Below are positions 60,204 to 64,000 of a stretch of 64,000 nt of DNA, one piece after another; the first letter of the stretch is position 1; each line of letters opens with the position of its first letter. The translations under genes and the position numbers were made by a program. Source of the stretch: Fibrobacterales bacterium. Lineage in GTDB: Bacteria > Fibrobacterota > Fibrobacteria > Fibrobacterales > JAOPTW01. The DNA is taken from contig JAOPTW010000016.1 in the NCBI GenBank assembly GCA_051532035.1, forward strand, positions 75,184-139,183, written 5' to 3'. The notes under the pieces were generated by a model that was not told the DNA's origin, made no database searches, and saw nothing but the letters and a program-made list of their open reading frames with translations.

Positions 60204-60614
60204 ATGAAGAAAGTCTTTTCTCGATTAAGTATACCAATAGCCATTTCTACAACACTACTCATTTCTGCCTGTTCTCTTGAAGAACTTAAGAATGATTTCG
60301 TTGCACTTTTTGTGAAAGAGATAAATATTGATAAAAACAGAAGTCTTACGGTTAAGCAATTACTTGCCTACAAGCAACTTACATCAGCCCTCATCACTCT
60401 CGACGAAAAATTCATTGAAGAGCTAAAGAAAGCCCCTGAAGACGAACGCGAAGAGATACTCTTAACCATGAACCAAACACGAGATGCACTCGTTAAAAAG
60501 TTTGAGTTTAAGGACTATAATGAGTACCTCTGGATAGATAGCGTTGCCATTATCGACCCCGTGAACCAATCTCTAGCAAAGACTGCCGGTATTGAGATCT
60601 TACGCAATAAGTAA
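60204..60614 (+). CDS. Hypothetical lipoprotein
   Basis: Lipobox ISAC; GAGG RBS. Confidence 0.7.
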   Translation: MKKVFSRLSIPIAISTTLLISACSLEELKNDFVALFVKEINIDKNRSLTVKQLLAYKQLTSALITLDEKFIEELKKAPEDEREEILLTMNQTRDALVKKFEFKDYNEYLWIDSVAIIDPVNQSLAKTAGIEILRNK

Positions 60615-60725
60615 TTTCACTCGCTATCACTGTTATTCTTTAACATATCACTAAATATCAGGTGATTATACCTCACATTTTTTTAAATTTAACGAATTCT
60701 TATATACAACATTTGGGTACATTTA

Positions 60726-61922
60726 ATGGTAATTAAACCTAAAATTCGTGGATTTATCTGTACAACTGCACACCCTAAAGGGTGTGAACAACTGGTAAAA
60801 AACCAGATTGAAATCGTAAAGAACAATGGGACAAACCGTAGTGGTCCTAAAAAAGTTCTTGTGATTGGTTCTTCTCAGGGCTTTGGACTTGCTTCTCGAG
60901 TCTCCCTCACTTTTGGATACAACGCAGATACTCTTGGAGTATTTTTTGAAAAACCATCACTAAAAGGACGTACCGCATCTTCTGGTTGGTATCAAACAGC
61001 TGCCTTCGAAAAAGAAGCCACCGCTGCTGGTAAGTACTGTAAATCAATCAACGGCGATGCATTTTCTGATGAGATAAAAGAGAAGGCTATTGCAGCAATC
61101 AAAGAAGACCTTGGTCAAATTGATATGCTTATCTATAGCCTTGCTGCTCCTCGAAGAACGAACCCTCGTAACGGTGAAACATACAGCTCAACACTCAAAC
61201 CTCGTAAAGCTGATTACACCAACAAAACCATCGACACCAATACCAGTGTCGTATCTGACATCACTCTCCACACTGCAACTCAAGAAGAAGTAGATAATAC
61301 TGTTGCTGTTATGGGCGGCGAAGACTGGAAGTTTTGGGTAGACGCCCTCAAAGAGGCAGGCGCTCTTTCTGAAGGGTTTACGACTATCGCCTACTCATAC
61401 ATTGGCCCTGAAGTAACAACCCCTATATACCGTGAAGGTACTATTGGTTCAGCAAAAGAACATCTCGAAAATACTGGCCTTACCCTAGACAAAGAGCTTA
61501 AAGCCATCAATGGCAGCGCATATGTTTCTGTAAATAAAGCACTCGTTACACAATCAAGTTCTGCTATTCCAGTAATCCCACTCTACATCGGCATGCTCTA
61601 TAAAGCGATGAAAAAGCGTGACATTCATGAAGGGTGTATCGAACAAATCGAACGCATGTTCACAGAAAAGATATATAACAACGGCTCTATTGTTCTTGAT
61701 GACTCCGGAAGAATCCGTGTTGACGACTGGGAACTCAGAGATGATGTTCAAGCAGAAGTGAAAGAACTCTGGACACAAATCAATACAGAAAATGCCTCTG
61801 AGCTCTCTGACCAAACCGGTTACCAAAAAGATTTCTTAAACCTCTTTGGTTTCGATTTCCCCGAAGTAGACTACGAAGCAGAGTACGATCCAGATGTAAA
61901 AATCGAAGGGCTAATCGCCTAA
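60726..61922 (+). CDS. fabV: Enoyl-ACP / trans-2-enoyl-CoA reductase FabV
   Basis: RGFICTTAHP.GC, GSS.GFGLASR, NGDAFS, YSLAAP, VMGGEDW and Y..GTIG.AK motifs. Confidence 0.95.
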   Translation: MVIKPKIRGFICTTAHPKGCEQLVKNQIEIVKNNGTNRSGPKKVLVIGSSQGFGLASRVSLTFGYNADTLGVFFEKPSLKGRTASSGWYQTAAFEKEATAAGKYCKSINGDAFSDEIKEKAIAAIKEDLGQIDMLIYSLAAPRRTNPRNGETYSSTLKPRKADYTNKTIDTNTSVVSDITLHTATQEEVDNTVAVMGGEDWKFWVDALKEAGALSEGFTTIAYSYIGPEVTTPIYREGTIGSAKEHLENTGLTLDKELKAINGSAYVSVNKALVTQSSSAIPVIPLYIGMLYKAMKKRDIHEGCIEQIERMFTEKIYNNGSIVLDDSGRIRVDDWELRDDVQAEVKELWTQINTENASELSDQTGYQKDFLNLFGFDFPEVDYEAEYDPDVKIEGLIA

Positions 61923-61940
61923 TAAACACCCAATTTATAC

Positions 61941-61986
61941 TATTCAAAAGGCAGTTTCAGGTAAACCTGAAACTGCCTTTTGAATA
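61941..61986. terminator. Bidirectional intrinsic terminator
   Basis: TATTCAAAAGGCAGTTTCAGG / CCTGAAACTGCCTTTTGAATA stem. Confidence 0.85.
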
Positions 61987-62065
61987 CCGTTCTTTTATAA
62001 AAGCAAAAAGCAATAGTGAACCACTACTGCTTTTAAATATTAACTACGACCTTACGTCTAAGAGA

Positions 62066-62461
62066 TTACGATTGTGCGCGTTCAGCCTTTTTACCAGCCT
62101 CTTTACAAGCAACACATTTTGTTGCAGTAGGTACCGCTTCAAGACGTGCCTTTGGAATAACCTCTTCGCACACTTTACATATCCCATATGTACCACGTCT
62201 TATTTTTTCTAGAGCTTCTTCAATATAAACAAGGTATTTACCTTCACGTTGTACAAGATCAAAATTTGTTTCAAGATTTGTAAAATCAGATGCACCATCA
62301 GCCAAGTGATTACTTACAGTAGAGTCACTTCCGGCCTCACGTTGGTTCTGGTTTGTGGCCGCTTCTAAATAATCAAGCTCCTCAACCAACTTCTTCCTTT
62401 TCTCTTTAAGAAAAGTATCGAAGTATTCCAAATCCTTCTTACTCATTTTTTTTACTGCCAT
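62066..62461 (-). CDS. TraR/DksA C4 zinc-finger protein
   Basis: Coiled coil, HLADGASD tip, GTYGIC..C...I...RLEA.P.A..C..C. Confidence 0.9.
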   Translation of the reverse strand: MAVKKMSKKDLEYFDTFLKEKRKKLVEELDYLEAATNQNQREAGSDSTVSNHLADGASDFTNLETNFDLVQREGKYLVYIEEALEKIRRGTYGICKVCEEVIPKARLEAVPTATKCVACKEAGKKAERAQS

Positions 62462-62546
62462 GGTGTAACTCCTTAAGTCCAACTACTAATTGATCTATTT
62501 AATGTAGTAATTTTACTTAAATTGCGTTTGCTAATTCACTCAGTTT

Positions 62547-64000
62547 TTACGCTTTCTTTACAAGCATTTTTGCTTGAATTTCATTAATCTCAATATCAAC
62601 AACTGACTCTCCAGTCAACTCTGCAAGGGACAAAGAACTTGAGAGCGTTTCACCACTCACATGGTCAGTATATTCAAAAACTGCCTGAGAAAAAACATCA
62701 TTATTAACATCAATCGTTACTTCTATAATATCGGTCACTTCCAAATCGAGTTCTTTACGACGACTTTGAATACGATTAATCAATTCACGGGCAATACATG
62801 CACGATCAAGTTCAGGGGTAATAGTAATATCCAATGCAACAGTAAAATTCTCGTCAGCCTCGACTGCTACACCCTCTTTTACATCTCTCTGTACAATGAT
62901 ATCTTCACCAGTAATGAGGCCTTCAGGTATCTCGATTGAGCCCCCTTCTTGCAGGTCATTCACCTGCTCAGGAGTAAACTGACCAATAGCACCTGCAACC
63001 GACTTCATTGTTTTGCCCATACGTTTACCGAGGGTTTTAAAGTTTGCCTTTGCCGACAATTCAACAAGAGATGACTCATCTTTCGAAAATTCAATTTCAT
63101 AAATATTCAGTTCGTCAAGAATGAGCTCTTTTGCTTGTTCAAGGAGCGACAATTTCACAGTATCACGACAGATAACCGTGATTTTCTGAAGAGGTTGCCT
63201 GTTTTTAATCTGTTGTTTTGCACGAACTGCACGACCCATATTAACGACATCGCGCACCATTGCCATTTTCTCAACTAACTCTTGATTTTGATACGCAGGA
63301 TTCACTGTTGGAAACTCACAGTGGTGTACCGACTCTGGTGAACCCTCTACCATTTCACGTACCAACATCTGATGAATCTCTTCTGATAAGAATGGTAAAA
63401 ATGGTGCAAGTACTTTTGAAAAAGTTACCAACACTTCATAGAGCGTCGCATACGCGTAATTTTTATCTTGGTCATTTTCAGATTTCCAGAAACGTCTTCT
63501 TGAACGTCTCACATACCAGTTGGTCAAATCATCAATAAAGGTGATCACCGCTGGCACAACATTATAAAGACGGAACGCTTCCATCTCTTCTTGTATTTGA
63601 GCAAGAAGCGTTTGTAACTGCGCAAGAACCCATTGATCAAGTTCATTTTCAGAATCTAGCTTTTCACCTGGAGTCCATTCAAGTTGCCCTTTTGACGCAT
63701 CGGCATTTGCATACGTCGTAAAAAGCGTCATAACACTCCACAATGGGATCATTACCGATCTCACAATCTCGACAACACCGACTTCAGTAAACTTAAGATC
63801 ATCTGCTTTTACCGCCGCAGAGTTGATAAGGAAGAGACGAATTGCGTCAGCGCCTGTCCGATCGATAAGGTCATTAGGGTTAGGATAGTTCTTAAGGCTT
63901 TTGGACATCTTCTGTCCATTCTCTGCGAGAATGATACCATTCACAATAACATTTTTAAAGGCAGGCTTTTGGAAGAGCGCCGCACTGAGTACGGTTAGGG
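62547..64000 (-). CDS. ileS: Isoleucyl-tRNA synthetase (type 2), 5' part outside the window
   Basis: KMSKS, GADA.R, NWYVRRSRRRFW, K.RQPL and RE..NRIQ..RK motifs. Confidence 0.95.
   Translation of the reverse strand, partial: LTVLSAALFQKPAFKNVIVNGIILAENGQKMSKSLKNYPNPNDLIDRTGADAIRLFLINSAAVKADDLKFTEVGVVEIVRSVMIPLWSVMTLFTTYANADASKGQLEWTPGEKLDSENELDQWVLAQLQTLLAQIQEEMEAFRLYNVVPAVITFIDDLTNWYVRRSRRRFWKSENDQDKNYAYATLYEVLVTFSKVLAPFLPFLSEEIHQMLVREMVEGSPESVHHCEFPTVNPAYQNQELVEKMAMVRDVVNMGRAVRAKQQIKNRQPLQKITVICRDTVKLSLLEQAKELILDELNIYEIEFSKDESSLVELSAKANFKTLGKRMGKTMKSVAGAIGQFTPEQVNDLQEGGSIEIPEGLITGEDIIVQRDVKEGVAVEADENFTVALDITITPELDRACIARELINRIQSRRKELDLEVTDIIEVTIDVNNDVFSQAVFEYTDHVSGETLSSSLSLAELTGESVVDIEINEIQAKMLVKKA

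Noticed and set aside
62066..62461. DksA tip HLADGASD instead of DxxDxA
   Set aside because: This variant is common in non-proteobacterial DksA/TraR homologs.

Overview
Gene-dense, AT-rich bacterial chromosomal window. The ileS-dksA/traR order, spoVG genes, short sigma-70 and fabV suggest an FCB-group organism, possibly Fibrobacterota; this is inference only. The backbone is housekeeping: MrfA/MrfB-like repair genes, rmuC, comM, glgX, trhP, tex, tRNA-Met, fabV, dksA and a partial ileS. The most notable part is an accessory island at about 35.5-54.4 kb. It contains an AbiE-type toxin-antitoxin pair and an AAA ATPase, then a minus-strand array of secreted enzymes: three alpha/beta-hydrolases, one trypsin-like protease and one truncated paralog. 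All five end in the same C-terminal tail, I[VI]PTII[TV]PLLL[NQ]-stop. Two small secreted proteins whose pattern recalls AB5-toxin B subunits are interspersed. Five copies of an ECF-type promoter (TC[CA]C[CA]-N16-CGTCTAAT) precede four array genes and the anti-sigma gene. Directly upstream is an ECF sigma / membrane anti-sigma / exported caspase-beta-barrel triad, and a second such triad lies at 12.8-16.6 kb. Other points of interest: a consensus sigma-54 promoter before a spoVG-spoVG-spoVG-comM operon, a hybrid kinase lacking its phosphoacceptor His, and two candidate structured RNAs. All assignments come from motif reading by eye; no database searches were run.
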